From a virus (Duplodnaviria > Caudoviricetes), in the IMG/VR virus record IMGVR_UViG_3300033074_001483, positions 21,517 through 85,516 of that record: a stretch of 64,000 bases of DNA; one strand, 5' to 3'. Of this stretch, positions 10,401-20,834 are shown one piece after another (the first letter of the stretch is position 1; every line of letters begins with the position of its first letter). Below the pieces are notes generated by a model, which saw nothing but the letters and a program-made list of their open reading frames with translations, searched no databases and had not been told where the DNA came from. A program made the position numbers and the translations under genes.

Positions 10401-12083
10401 GATAAATGCCCCACTAACATAAGTGTAAGCACCACTTCGATAGAGATACGATTCATATCCATCAAAGGAGTTTACAATTTCTGTCATCTTCCCCTGAAGA
10501 TTATTGTACTCTTCTGTATAGAAGGGGTAATAGCTACCACTCGCCAGATAGAATATTTCATTCTTATCATTCAAAGTTTGAAGCGACGAGGTATAAGATG
10601 CCAAACTTATAACCTTATTCTTGAAAATGTTAAGGCGAAGTTGTACCGATGAAAATACAACGAAATTGCTAAAGTTGGTATAGTCAACGCTGAGTTCGGT
10701 CAAGTTTCTGCTGACTGTCAAATCTCTATCCGTTTGATCATCTACCGCCAAATCTTCGGCAGTATAAATCATGTTGGTATTGGTCAAACTAACATTTGGA
10801 ATCGGAAGGGAAAAGTTTGGAGGACCAATTTGATGAATTATTCCATCTTGCGGACTCTTAACAATAGCATTGAGAACGTATGGTGTAAGCGATATGTTAG
10901 AAACCCAACACTTATCTTGAATTGAAATATTGGCCGGAAGCTCATCCTTCAACTTTACGATTAGCGTTAAAGGATCACTTGGATTGACCTTTTCATCCAA
11001 CATCCCATGTTGTAAAATCGGAAGGAGGAGATTGTTTCCAAAATCCAAAGCATTTCGTAAATACGAAAAGTATTTCTCTTTGTAAGTTGTTGCTAGAAGA
11101 TTTGATATTGGTTGATAGTAGTACTTCGTAAAGAAATCATAGACAAATGCCTTTGCCTCTACATAAGGTTGAAGAGGATGTGCTCCAATTGGTTTGAACT
11201 TACGTTCAATAGATGCCGAAACATATCCGTTGAACTGGCGGTCTAGCTCAGAAAAATCAACAATCTCGGACGAATTGGAGAGGAGATAATTGCTGAAGTA
11301 TGTTTGAATACCTTGAATTCGGACGATACTTCCAGTAATAGTATCAATGCTGCCCTGTGCTCTTGGAACAGTAGTATAGATAATCAAATCTTCGTAAAGG
11401 TTACGAAGGAAAGTAAGCATAGCACCATCCGTTGCCAAAAAGAAAATGCTCTTGACAACATTGATCTCTTTGGTGTAGAGAGGACTTATTTTATTGTAAA
11501 TCTGTTCGTATGGGCACTTTGCCGTTGATGTGAGGTAAAGAGGAGAAACATCTTGGACAATGACTTTCTTATTACAAAATGCATTGTAAGTTGGAGAATC
11601 CGTAGCTAACGGAATGAGCTTGACTTCTTTTCTCGATGGAGAGATATCTTTGATAATCAAAGGATCGGCAGAACTTCCTGCCATCTCTCGTGCAAAGTTG
11701 TAAGTGAAAAAGTAGCTTCCAGAATGAACATTGATAGACTCTGAAAGTTGTTCTGGAGGACTGGTCAGAATCTTTTCATTCTTGAAAAGAATGAAATCAG
11801 GTTTTAATTCAGCATAAGAATATGTTACAACCGAGTCAAGAGTATTCAGATAAGAAAGAGTCGTGATATTGTAACTCTTGGACTGATTTAGAACATTCCA
11901 TCCTACAAAATTGTTTTGTCTATCCCACGCCCCAAACTCAATGATATCGTTCGCAGAAAATCCATACCATAGATCGGAAGTAAATCCCTTTACAAACAGG
12001 GAGTGTTCCGTACGGTTCAAATACGAACCCGTATTCAAACTTGCAGTATTCTCTGCAACCATTTGGTATGATGTAAACTCCAT
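7500..12083 (-). CDS. Large virion/baseplate-associated protein with C-terminal PKD domain
   Basis: 1527 aa; PLTVVFQNLS..FEWDFGDG..ENPSHTY PKD signature. Confidence 0.7.
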   Translation of the reverse strand: MEFTSYQMVAENTASLNTGSYLNRTEHSLFVKGFTSDLWYGFSANDIIEFGAWDRQNNFVGWNVLNQSKSYNITTLSYLNTLDSVVTYSYAELKPDFILFKNEKILTSPPEQLSESINVHSGSYFFTYNFAREMAGSSADPLIIKDISPSRKEVKLIPLATDSPTYNAFCNKKVIVQDVSPLYLTSTAKCPYEQIYNKISPLYTKEINVVKSIFFLATDGAMLTFLRNLYEDLIIYTTVPRAQGSIDTITGSIVRIQGIQTYFSNYLLSNSSEIVDFSELDRQFNGYVSASIERKFKPIGAHPLQPYVEAKAFVYDFFTKYYYQPISNLLATTYKEKYFSYLRNALDFGNNLLLPILQHGMLDEKVNPSDPLTLIVKLKDELPANISIQDKCWVSNISLTPYVLNAIVKSPQDGIIHQIGPPNFSLPIPNVSLTNTNMIYTAEDLAVDDQTDRDLTVSRNLTELSVDYTNFSNFVVFSSVQLRLNIFKNKVISLASYTSSLQTLNDKNEIFYLASGSYYPFYTEEYNNLQGKMTEIVNSFDGYESYLYRSGAYTYVSGAFISASYVADMDISASAYDKNNLDSLVNNCPQHILTNTDNDDYIIFLSMIGHFFDQIYEYVANIPSERRIGHGATEEFTRHVVDYMLETFGWTLDDSLEQSNLLNNYLTSEQIDGLNEMSAEERFKAIRNRLLINLPQIYKTKGTEEAVKLILACYGIPSTLLTMREYGGISYTDARASYTTYERTYLYMFDTSSQYNTMYNNYPTDAKTFLFKLCLDDASIYNYNQEIAIMGAVTSSIAANTPSGSGAWAVGFVRRERPNVGQMWFRIGLKDNPQLKLYSDTFPLFDGSIYSVMIRRNLSPDGFEFDENPDAVPCVFDLYVQKNERGQTLMRLTSSAISYDYDSNQKFSSIGVGNYLLRGGWFTYHNGQGFHGVFDKLQVWYDPLTDSNFEDYVNNINSYAFSGSRPFHEFLMFRQHTDYPFDLRQNPIGVADPIVGASSQPWGIWKNANPFYAVSSSIKIDKYLGIEVSTMDYSIVWYPWSGSQKLVYDSGSGCWISQSCYPFQFKVVDYPSTWGVSKYGPNKFRNEKVRHVSQSIETRFDDKERSTWVNPISVAPDSNQIGFFADPQDFRNKDIIRYFGNYDFMDAIGDPTNQYSSSYQTLKNFRKQYATSLNEYSGSNTLFNELMILYKMYFNRSIFEAIKNVVPARSNAIVGILIEPTVLERPKYTHKEIMSEMNTGSVFYADITASHYFQDPNTKLLRLSMSLEESSSMYLDLSYINLSTRDLPVNYGGNYIGDFADVYQLGTFAGGYLIGDPEVVQPPPIVPVANFIPIPSTGFEPLTVVFQNLSQNANGFEWDFGDGGTSVEENPSHTYAVGGTYYVALTASRGEDVDYANNVIDVLIPSIPCGGAQSFSGGQTMPSTFTVDLGTGTGTVNLTFNAQNVPDKFIVEWNGGVVINTGYRGSTSYQSQLNNALTSLGYPPEAITGPGAGSTSFIKNESSRYATVKIYAPLGGTAWSLTLGCPT

Positions 12084-12084
12084 A

Positions 12085-12546
12085 TTACGTATTCTTGTTC
12101 TTCACGATTGGGGTGTATGGGAAATCTTCCGAAAAATCCGTCTCAACTCTACCTTGTCCAAGTGCTTTCCTGAGTTCCAAGATAACGGTCTTGGTTGCCA
12201 TTTGATCGGCGACAGACCCACTTACTTCATTCTGTGTAATCACTGAATCGAGTTGTGTTTTGAGCGTGACATTCTCTTGTTGCACAATATCCAATTGCTG
12301 CTGTAAATTGCTGACGCTTTCTTGTGTATCTTGAATTACTTGAGGAACAAACTCTTCAAAATTGACATTGTACATCGTCTCAATTTTGGAGTTATCGTAC
12401 ACCGGATTTTGCAATGGGAAGGCGACATAAACTTGATTGAAGTTTACCGAACAACTATCAAAAATCATATTACCTACACTATCAAATTTGTAAGTGTAGG
12501 TGCCATATTTTTGAAAGTTCCAGATGTCTTGTGAAAAGTCTGCCAT
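12085..12546 (-). CDS. Hypothetical protein with coiled coil
   Basis: 153 aa ORF in operon. Confidence 0.5.
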   Translation of the reverse strand: MADFSQDIWNFQKYGTYTYKFDSVGNMIFDSCSVNFNQVYVAFPLQNPVYDNSKIETMYNVNFEEFVPQVIQDTQESVSNLQQQLDIVQQENVTLKTQLDSVITQNEVSGSVADQMATKTVILELRKALGQGRVETDFSEDFPYTPIVKNKNT

Positions 12547-12547
12547 A

Positions 12548-15127
12548 TTACGGTGTCTGACTTGCGCTGATGTATGGAATACCCAACGGCCAAGTAAAGA
12601 ATGTTACGCTAGATGGATATTCTACTCCACCACGGACAATTTTGAATGTTTTACCAGTGTCAATGGTATAGATTTCATCCTCATCTTGAACTCGGATTAG
12701 AACTCGATAGTAACGCTCTTGTGGAAGTGCCGTTGTATCCACAAAGAAGTAATTGCCATGAGGGTAATTACAACTTATCTGAGTATAACTATCAAAATTG
12801 AGCACAATTTCCTCAGTTTGATCATCTTTAAGCGCATAGAAAGACGACGATGGAAGGTACTCTGGAATCATGTATTGTTCTTGCTGAGTTGCCTTTCCGA
12901 AGTATTTCAATGGAAACTTTTTACGTCCAAACACATTCATTCTTACAACATCTCCCACTCTATATTGGGGTTGGAGGTTCTGTAAGTTAATGCTAAACGG
13001 ATATGAAATGTCCATAGCAGTCATAACACTGGCAGACATTTCTACGCTGCTGGTGTATTGATAGCTTGACGTAAACACGCTTCCGCTCAGTTGGAGATTG
13101 ACTGCTGCTCCGAGAAGCGGACCATCAATTAACTGGCCGACAAAACTTGCACTATTTGCTCCCGCACTTGCTGTATCAGGAGAACCATTGGAACCACTGA
13201 TTGTATAGAGACCAATAGCATTTCCCCAAACGTAAGTTCCATTGATGTAGGCATACGCATATGGTTCAATTGCAGACGGCAATATAATATTGACTCTTGC
13301 GCCAAGCAAGGATGCCTCTGTCCAAGAACCAGTCAAATATGCATTTTCAAACTTATGGTCCACGTAGAATGCACCAAATGTGCTTCCACTCCACACTCCG
13401 TTCAAAAACGATCCGGATGCAAATGATGCACTGAAAGATTTTCCGCAAGGTCCATTGACAAGTGATTCAGAAACAGAAACCAATCCTGAGACATTTCCGA
13501 TAACCGGCAATCCGAGAATATTTCCGCCCAATCCTTGACCAACAACAAATCCATAGAACCAGTTACTTGCTGTATCGAAGTAGAATCCATTAAATGAACC
13601 CGAGAAATCAATTACAGAAGCAGTTACTTCTCCAACATAGGCATAAATACTACCAGTTGTCTCAATAGACCCACTCAGAATGCCAATGATACTTCCAGAA
13701 ATTCCAGTATCACTGACTTCAACATCTATTCCTTCTACCGACCCGCTGAAATATGATGATGTGAAAATGCCACTGCCCGACAGAGATCCTGACACATAAG
13801 ATGCTCGCCCATCCAAAGCTCCCGAAACATTTGCTTCTACTCGATAGATAACACTATCAAAACTAGGATTGCTTTCTGTAATGTAGTGAGAAGTAAGCGT
13901 TAATAACGCACTTCCTGAAAATATTCCGGCTACTCCACCAGCAATTGTTAATGATGAACCACTCTGAATAGACGCAGAAATTCCAGAACCAGTTGTGGCA
14001 ATAGTCACGCTTCCTGTTGAAATACTGCCGGTGACATAAACGGAGTCATTCCAACAAACATCCAGAACAGGTGAGTAAATTGTATTGGTATCTTTGCTGA
14101 AGAACTTCAGCACAAAACCAGAACCAGTAGAAACTAGTTCGTCGGAACTGATAAGAATAAATCCATTGTTCGGATGACTACCACTAATCCATCGCATTAC
14201 CATTGCCGTGACATCCATATCAATGTCGGCAGATTTGTATCCGAAATTTTGATGGCTGTACATGTCAGTGTACCATGTTCCACCACCATATCCGAATGAT
14301 TGAGTAGCAAGAGAAGGAGTGTTGATGAAGTCAATATCCCCACGAGTTCCGCTCACATAGGTATTATACCAAGGAGTTCCATCGTTGTTATCCCTATACA
14401 ACCAACTCACACCTTCATCTGACCCACCATCTGACCAATAACCATTACCCATGTTCCAACTTTGACTTACTGCCAAAGCAAAAATGGTATAGTTGATTGG
14501 AAGTTGGTATTCATTACATATCTTTATCTTGAGATAGAACTTGGGGTCTGTAATGACACCCTCGGCAATTGATTGCGAAATCACAGTCAAATCAAATCCA
14601 AGCATGGCTCTATCAACGTATTTGACTGTTCTCGTTGTCCAATTTCCTTCGTTGCGTGTATCTATACCCGACCCCGTTCCCGTCAAGCACCCACTGGAAC
14701 CGCTCAAAGTTCCTTCAAATAATCCTGTGGAATAGGTAGCCGAAATAGAACCAGTGATGTAACCATCAACCAAACTTCCCGAGACTACACTTGCACTTAA
14801 CTCTTGAGGAGTTCCATCAATTGAACCCGAAAAATATGAGGCACTGAAATCAAGATTGCTTCCTGAAATGCTTCCACTTGCGAAATCTACCGTTCCAGAA
14901 AAAGAACCCGTGAAGATAGCTGTAAAATAAGTAACCTGTTGGTTATTGAAGATGGCATTGGTATATGGATAATCCTTTGTGGCACTATACACTCTCTGAG
15001 GAATGTTTGTTGTACCTATTTGTAGGATTTCGTCAATACCAAAGTTCTTATCTTCATAACCTGAGCGGTTACTGATGTAGGTATCTTCTGCTGGATATAT
15101 GAAATGATGCACGGTTATCCCTTCCAA
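12548..15127 (-). CDS. Ser/Gly-rich virion protein
   Basis: 859 aa; many SGS/ASF beta-repeat-like motifs; structural operon. Confidence 0.55.
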   Translation of the reverse strand: MEGITVHHFIYPAEDTYISNRSGYEDKNFGIDEILQIGTTNIPQRVYSATKDYPYTNAIFNNQQVTYFTAIFTGSFSGTVDFASGSISGSNLDFSASYFSGSIDGTPQELSASVVSGSLVDGYITGSISATYSTGLFEGTLSGSSGCLTGTGSGIDTRNEGNWTTRTVKYVDRAMLGFDLTVISQSIAEGVITDPKFYLKIKICNEYQLPINYTIFALAVSQSWNMGNGYWSDGGSDEGVSWLYRDNNDGTPWYNTYVSGTRGDIDFINTPSLATQSFGYGGGTWYTDMYSHQNFGYKSADIDMDVTAMVMRWISGSHPNNGFILISSDELVSTGSGFVLKFFSKDTNTIYSPVLDVCWNDSVYVTGSISTGSVTIATTGSGISASIQSGSSLTIAGGVAGIFSGSALLTLTSHYITESNPSFDSVIYRVEANVSGALDGRASYVSGSLSGSGIFTSSYFSGSVEGIDVEVSDTGISGSIIGILSGSIETTGSIYAYVGEVTASVIDFSGSFNGFYFDTASNWFYGFVVGQGLGGNILGLPVIGNVSGLVSVSESLVNGPCGKSFSASFASGSFLNGVWSGSTFGAFYVDHKFENAYLTGSWTEASLLGARVNIILPSAIEPYAYAYINGTYVWGNAIGLYTISGSNGSPDTASAGANSASFVGQLIDGPLLGAAVNLQLSGSVFTSSYQYTSSVEMSASVMTAMDISYPFSINLQNLQPQYRVGDVVRMNVFGRKKFPLKYFGKATQQEQYMIPEYLPSSSFYALKDDQTEEIVLNFDSYTQISCNYPHGNYFFVDTTALPQERYYRVLIRVQDEDEIYTIDTGKTFKIVRGGVEYPSSVTFFTWPLGIPYISASQTP

Positions 15128-15750
15128 TCCAAATGATTGTGTTTTTTGAGATTATCCTCTTTTGATAGAGGTTGTAAATTGGTATAATGAAATGCTTTTT
15201 TCTGTTCGTCTTCATCAGCCAAATTGAACTTACTAATTGGATTTATATGGTCAATATGCCACACAAGTCCATGATTTTCCCACGTCCATTCTTGTCTAAA
15301 TTGACGTTCTAAATGAAGTTTTAGATCATTCAATGTACATCCAAACAATTCCGCCGATTTTTTGACTAATTTATTAGCGTTTTGAGTTTTCAATGCATTG
15401 CGTAATCTGCTACGATGCAATGATATAATTTTGTAAATAGGGTCCGTATGATATTTGTTTTTTGTATAGTGTTTATGATGATTTTTATATTCAATACTAC
15501 TGTATTTTTTCAAATATCTATCACGCACCAATTTCTTGTTTTCAGTTCTGTATTTTAGGCAGGTATCTAAAATGTGTTCCTTTTTCTCCAAATATCTATC
15601 GGCATTATAAGTAGCGATTTTATCCTTATTTTTGTCTTGCCATTTTTTACAAGCCATAAGAATTTGCTTTTTATTTTGTTGATAATAAAGACGTTTACGT
15701 TCTTTTTCACGCTCTTTATTAGCTTGATAATATGATTGATTCTTATTCAT
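15115..15750 (-). CDS. HNH homing endonuclease
   Basis: WHIDHINPIS..FHYTNLQPL..DNLKK motif; basic repeat N-terminus; start moved to MNKNQ. Confidence 0.8.
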   Translation of the reverse strand: MNKNQSYYQANKEREKERKRLYYQQNKKQILMACKKWQDKNKDKIATYNADRYLEKKEHILDTCLKYRTENKKLVRDRYLKKYSSIEYKNHHKHYTKNKYHTDPIYKIISLHRSRLRNALKTQNANKLVKKSAELFGCTLNDLKLHLERQFRQEWTWENHGLVWHIDHINPISKFNLADEDEQKKAFHYTNLQPLSKEDNLKKHNHLDWKG

Positions 15751-15751
15751 A

Positions 15752-17731
15752 TTATAATACCGATCCTCGTATGTCGGAATCTGGGTATTTGACCTCAAAA
15801 ATTGATGGATCAACAGATGGATAAATGATTCCATTTTTGGTTGCCGAAACAATGTCATACTCTACGGTAGAGTAATCACCATCTAGTGATGTCTTATTGT
15901 AAACCTTAATGTCCACCACTGCTTGAACCCCATCTCTTTTGGCAATCTCAAGACTCAACTGACTCAAGTTAATTGGTTGTGAGAAGTTCCATTGGTCAAT
16001 GTTGAAAAAGTCCTTGACTGTATTGATACAATCTAAGAGGACATCCTTCTTGTTAAATCCTTTGTACACCGTAATTGTAAAATCCACACCGATGTTAATA
16101 ATATAACCATCAATGATGTTTACAGCATCGGTCAACATCCTATACTGCTTCAAGTAAGTGATTAGATTTGTAATCAGTGCTTGATTTGGTCTCGTCAGTT
16201 TTTTATTGGCATCAAATGAAAGCAAATATAAGTTGATGGCAAATGGATTCGTGGTATCATATGTCAATCCTCGGAAATAGTTAGTACTGACATTATTGAC
16301 CAAGGATGCCATGTTATCTTGGTCAACGACTCCTACCAAAATCTTATTTACACCAACTGCCAGATTTGTATCTGTAATCACCTGTGCTTTAGCAATAGAA
16401 CCAAATTTGGGTGGTAATGAATAAATACGAGCAAGGAAATCGTTCTGGGTTACAGCACGATTTTGGGCGGCAAAGTTTGCCATTGCGTTGAGTTTGATTT
16501 CCTCGTCTGTTTCTGCCTCGCCTCCTCCCACGATTGGTGCAAGATTGGTTACTCTTAAAGAATTCTTGACCGTGGTGAGCATATCCACTTGTTCTGGCAA
16601 CAATCCTTCGGACGAGTTATCAAACTCTGCCTGAACAACATTTCGTATTTCATCTCCTTGACAATTGCTTGCCAACCCTCCCCCAACAAGATACTTAATG
16701 GTCAATGTTGTATTCTGCGGTGCAATACCATAATTTTCACTCTTGAGGAAATTACTTGGATCAATTGGAACATTGACATTTCGGATGTTCCCGAGTCCTT
16801 GCCCAATCAGGGCAGAATCGAACGTGACAAGTTCATCATCCATTCCATTGATGCCTGCTCCAAATTGTAAAGTGGTAATATTGTTTTCATCTACCCGTGT
16901 AATGAAGCGACGAGAAGTTTTGAGATACTTCAAAATATATGGAACAGAATCCTTGTACTGTTTCAGCGATCCTTCATATTCAGCATCGTTGGGAACAGAA
17001 GTTGGGACCAATTCTTGTGCCAAAAAATCTACTTCATACCATTTATTGTTATCCGAATCTACCACTTCAAGTACTGCCAGAACATTATTCTCCTCCAACT
17101 GTACTTCATAGAAAGATGTCGGGTCATTAACTGTTATTTCTTTTGTCAATATTTGACCAGCACTTACCGGACCTTCTTTTCCAAGAAGGAAAAATTCAGG
17201 AGTTCCGTCATCATTTCTTGAGTAAACTGTTTCCGTTCTTGGAGAATTGGAAGAACTAACTGAAAAATCAACCCCCGAAGTCAAAACGTAATAGGAATTG
17301 GCGTTGTTTGAAAACTGACTATTTTCTCTAACCAACAACATGTAATCGGGATCTGGATAGTAGTTTCCTGCTCCATCGTCGGCGGATGGACAAATTTGAT
17401 ACAACATGACATTACCAGAAGCTGCACGAGAAGTCTTTACTCTGTATCCAAGAAAATTAGCAAGACTAAGAATATTCCTACGTTCCGTTGCACTCAACAT
17501 CAAACCTTCTTTGAATGCATAATCGGTATAATAACTCAGAACATCACCTACATATGCCGCTTGTTCAATGAACATCATGCCGGGGGAAGCTGCCGAAAAA
17601 TCTTTGTAGGTATTTGGATAGTAGGTCTTGGCAAAGTTAATCAGGGCATCTCGCAACTGTGCAAAATCACGGTTTAGATAGCGAATATCCTTGCTATTTG
17701 GGGTGAATGACTTTTGTACTGTGCTTGGCAT
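15752..17731 (-). CDS. Baseplate wedge subunit (T4 gp6 / baseplate J-like)
   Basis: YLNRDFAQLRDALINFAKTYYP, GGGEAETDEEIK..AQNRAVTQNDF motifs. Confidence 0.85.
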   Translation of the reverse strand: MPSTVQKSFTPNSKDIRYLNRDFAQLRDALINFAKTYYPNTYKDFSAASPGMMFIEQAAYVGDVLSYYTDYAFKEGLMLSATERRNILSLANFLGYRVKTSRAASGNVMLYQICPSADDGAGNYYPDPDYMLLVRENSQFSNNANSYYVLTSGVDFSVSSSNSPRTETVYSRNDDGTPEFFLLGKEGPVSAGQILTKEITVNDPTSFYEVQLEENNVLAVLEVVDSDNNKWYEVDFLAQELVPTSVPNDAEYEGSLKQYKDSVPYILKYLKTSRRFITRVDENNITTLQFGAGINGMDDELVTFDSALIGQGLGNIRNVNVPIDPSNFLKSENYGIAPQNTTLTIKYLVGGGLASNCQGDEIRNVVQAEFDNSSEGLLPEQVDMLTTVKNSLRVTNLAPIVGGGEAETDEEIKLNAMANFAAQNRAVTQNDFLARIYSLPPKFGSIAKAQVITDTNLAVGVNKILVGVVDQDNMASLVNNVSTNYFRGLTYDTTNPFAINLYLLSFDANKKLTRPNQALITNLITYLKQYRMLTDAVNIIDGYIINIGVDFTITVYKGFNKKDVLLDCINTVKDFFNIDQWNFSQPINLSQLSLEIAKRDGVQAVVDIKVYNKTSLDGDYSTVEYDIVSATKNGIIYPSVDPSIFEVKYPDSDIRGSVL

Positions 17732-17733
17732 AA

Positions 17734-18153
17734 TTATACTTTGCTCTTGTTAAGGACAATTTCAACAACATCCTCTTGATTGATAGCATCAACAGTAAAT
17801 TTTACTGCGATGTACAGTTTATAAATATCTCGTAGGTCTGTACTTTCGTCGTTTTCAAAGTATTTCACTTCAACAGAATTTACTGTGACCCCGGGAATCC
17901 ACTGGGCGATGTCTTCTTTTATCGTATTTTCTACCTTGGCTGGTATAAAATCATCATTCGGCTCAAAGGTAATATTCCACAAACGACTCCCGAATGTTGG
18001 GTTCATTCGACGTTCTCCCGGTGCTGTCCGAATGAGATTGATGATATTCATTCGGTACGCAGTAAAGGTATCAGTAGATTGGTCAAAATATCCTACTGGT
18101 CCGCTGGTGATTGGAAGGTTAATCCCAATCGGAGTATTTTTGACTACTGCCAT
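17734..18153 (-). CDS. Baseplate wedge subunit (T4 gp25 / GPW-like)
   Basis: NIINLIRTAPGERRMNPTFGSRLWNITFEP motif. Confidence 0.9.
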   Translation of the reverse strand: MAVVKNTPIGINLPITSGPVGYFDQSTDTFTAYRMNIINLIRTAPGERRMNPTFGSRLWNITFEPNDDFIPAKVENTIKEDIAQWIPGVTVNSVEVKYFENDESTDLRDIYKLYIAVKFTVDAINQEDVVEIVLNKSKV

Positions 18154-18830
18154 TAGTGTCTTGGTCCTTTAGATTGTTGGAGAATTTTTCTCATACGATC
18201 AAAATTCGTCAACGCCGCTCCAACTGCTCCCGGCACTATTCCCGCCCGAGCTACGTCCAAGGCCGATACTTCGCCCATCGCTTCCATAGGGATATGTGTA
18301 CTTTCTTGACCTTCGACAAGTTGAGGAGGACGTGCTAACGGTACTCCGGGGCTTACTCCCGGCATACTTGGCATACGAGCAAATGATGGCATTTCAGATT
18401 CATCCATCATTTCTCCAACCCCAGTCATTGCCGTTGGACCTGTTGGCATACTTGCCATTGCTGCCACAACTCCCGGTCCACCACCCATTGCCATTCTTTC
18501 TTGGCCACTAAATGGACGGGTTTGATTCAAAATTGAATTGAGAACTGGGTCTTTAGTAAATTGTTTAGGTTGTTTTGGACCCGACGGTTGATTTTTCATT
18601 ACTGGAGTACCCGCAAACATTTCTCGTAATGATTGTTTTAGCGTAGTTTCTTCGGTTTCCATTTCCTCTTGAACAGGTTGAGATTCTGGTTGCCTTGCTT
18701 CGGCAACGACAGTTCTACCCATCATGTTTTGGAATGTTTCGGCAATAATCCCGGGAAGTTGCTTTCGCACTTCCTTTGCTACAAGGATTTCGATTATCTG
18801 TGTGAGTTGTGTAAGTTCGGACTTTTTCAT
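18153..18830 (-). CDS. Hypothetical protein (Met/Pro-rich)
   Basis: Start moved to MKKSEL, 3 nt after a TATTTATA motif. Confidence 0.55.
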   Translation of the reverse strand: MKKSELTQLTQIIEILVAKEVRKQLPGIIAETFQNMMGRTVVAEARQPESQPVQEEMETEETTLKQSLREMFAGTPVMKNQPSGPKQPKQFTKDPVLNSILNQTRPFSGQERMAMGGGPGVVAAMASMPTGPTAMTGVGEMMDESEMPSFARMPSMPGVSPGVPLARPPQLVEGQESTHIPMEAMGEVSALDVARAGIVPGAVGAALTNFDRMRKILQQSKGPRH

Positions 18831-18844
18831 AGGTATAAATATCC

Positions 18845-20443
18845 TTACGCTGGCCGATAGTTCGCACCTTTCCATCCTCCCGGTACTCCATTTCCAGACC
18901 CCACGCTTATTTTTATAGGCGCAGAACCTTCGGGAATTGAAGCACCATCTTGCCCCGGGGCTAATCCACCACCCGTGGTGAATACTCTTCGGCTCATTAG
19001 TGTGTGTAGTTTGTCTCGTAATGCAATCAACTGTTGTACTTGCACTGGCAATTGAGTCTGAGACGGGGACTCTTTACCAGCATCCGTGTGCGAATGCTTA
19101 TACCAATGGGTATGTGCAAGTAACCAATTGCAAAGTTCATAAAGCCAATTGACTGCCGTTTGACCAAGAAGAACAGGCTCGCTTGTTTGGTCATATTCTC
19201 CCAAATAAATGGCGGGGGAGTTAATGACAGTCTTCGTGTGCGTTGTCATGACAATCTGTTGGTGGGCATCCACTGTATATTCGTTGTCGGTTACAACAGC
19301 ATAACGTTTCTTAGAGTAATGGAATGTTTCGCCATAACGTGCCGAAAGAACTAGACGGTCTGTATTGATTACGATCTGATCACCATTGAGTTTTGGATAT
19401 TTGAATGAACTTTGTCCTTTGAATTTGGACACTTCTTCACCCTTTTCATCTCCAAACATTCTCTTATAGCACGTCGTTACCCATTGACTTATGGTCTGAC
19501 CGCACGAAATGAAAATTGTTGACCCATCGTGATTGATATTCTCATCCAAAAATCCCCCAACATTTTTTTCCATTTTTGTCCCGACAACAGTTGCGGGGTT
19601 CGGACTGTGTTGTAAAGAAAGAGGTTGTCCTTCTTTTAATAATGGACGCTGGCGATTGCGAATGATAATCATTGGATTACCACCATCTTTGTAATCCTTG
19701 TATTTGGGATCTCCTACATCGTTTCCTCTATTGGTGTCATATGCCGTGAAATGAATTCCCTGTCCATGACGACTTTCCAGTAACAAGTCTCCTTCAAACC
19801 GACGAATAGTACGAATTTTCGGGTTAGCCCAGAAATACTTTCCAGCGTATCCATGATATCCACTGTCCTTTTGAAGCATTTCTTTGGAAGGAGCTTTGAT
19901 GAGAGACTCTTTTCTACCAGTATAAGGGTCAGTTGAAAACAACTCGGTATTTGATTTTCCCGCAACCGATGTATTGGCAGTAAAATCCAGATTGTTGTTT
20001 GGCCAGTTATGATAATTAAGTTTTCGGGTGTAATACAACTTCCCGTTTTGTGTCAATAGGATTACTGTTTCATTGATGAGGGGGTACTCGGAAATGTTGG
20101 CATCCAGAGGATATGCCCATTGAAGTTGATCCTTGTCCGTCAGTTTTTCCGATACTAGTGGTCTTACCAGTGCCCGTCCGATCCAAGTGTAATCTAAATC
20201 GTCTTTGAGAGGTTGGGCATCGTTCAAATCAACAGGCCATCGGTCAATATCAATCTTTTTATGAAGCTTATCTCCTTTAGTAAAAATAGGATGCCTTTCA
20301 TCCATGACAACATCCAACACAACACCCGGTTCCATCTCATAAAATTCGCCCATCCCACCGCCCTGCCCGGGAGTGTGTGTCGTTGCTAGACCAAAGCTAT
20401 CTAGCGTACGAGAGTTTTTTGATAGATTTTTCCAGTAAGACAT
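18845..20443 (-). CDS. Putative baseplate hub/spike protein
   Basis: 532 aa next to gp25/gp6-like genes; FEGDLLLESRHGQGIHF, GDQIVINTDRLVL motifs. Confidence 0.5.
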   Translation of the reverse strand: MSYWKNLSKNSRTLDSFGLATTHTPGQGGGMGEFYEMEPGVVLDVVMDERHPIFTKGDKLHKKIDIDRWPVDLNDAQPLKDDLDYTWIGRALVRPLVSEKLTDKDQLQWAYPLDANISEYPLINETVILLTQNGKLYYTRKLNYHNWPNNNLDFTANTSVAGKSNTELFSTDPYTGRKESLIKAPSKEMLQKDSGYHGYAGKYFWANPKIRTIRRFEGDLLLESRHGQGIHFTAYDTNRGNDVGDPKYKDYKDGGNPMIIIRNRQRPLLKEGQPLSLQHSPNPATVVGTKMEKNVGGFLDENINHDGSTIFISCGQTISQWVTTCYKRMFGDEKGEEVSKFKGQSSFKYPKLNGDQIVINTDRLVLSARYGETFHYSKKRYAVVTDNEYTVDAHQQIVMTTHTKTVINSPAIYLGEYDQTSEPVLLGQTAVNWLYELCNWLLAHTHWYKHSHTDAGKESPSQTQLPVQVQQLIALRDKLHTLMSRRVFTTGGGLAPGQDGASIPEGSAPIKISVGSGNGVPGGWKGANYRPA

Positions 20444-20444
20444 A

Positions 20445-20834
20445 TTATTTTGTTGGAGGGGTTGGAACCACTACAGAATCGAGTTCTTTCTTGATTTCTG
20501 TAAGTTTTGCTGTAGTAGCACTTTGAAGAAGTTGCTCTTTCTCTTCGTCACTCAATCCGGTGGTATCTCCACCAGTTGCTTCGATCTGAGTAGATTGCAG
20601 ACGTTGAACTACCGAGGCGAGTTTCACAAGTTGCTCATCATTTTTGATACCTACATCGAGTAGTTCTTTGATGCGTGGAAGAAAGACTTGGGCATCATTG
20701 GCGTTCTTAATGAGGGAACGCACTTCTGAAAACAGGGTATCAAGTTGGTCCTTTTTACTAGTGCTTCTATCTAATATATCTTTACACAAATCCCTAAATG
20801 ATTTCCCGTCAGCAACCTCGAAGTCAAGATTCAT
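20445..20834 (-). CDS. Hypothetical protein
   Basis: 129 aa helical ORF. Confidence 0.5.
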   Translation of the reverse strand: MNLDFEVADGKSFRDLCKDILDRSTSKKDQLDTLFSEVRSLIKNANDAQVFLPRIKELLDVGIKNDEQLVKLASVVQRLQSTQIEATGGDTTGLSDEEKEQLLQSATTAKLTEIKKELDSVVVPTPPTK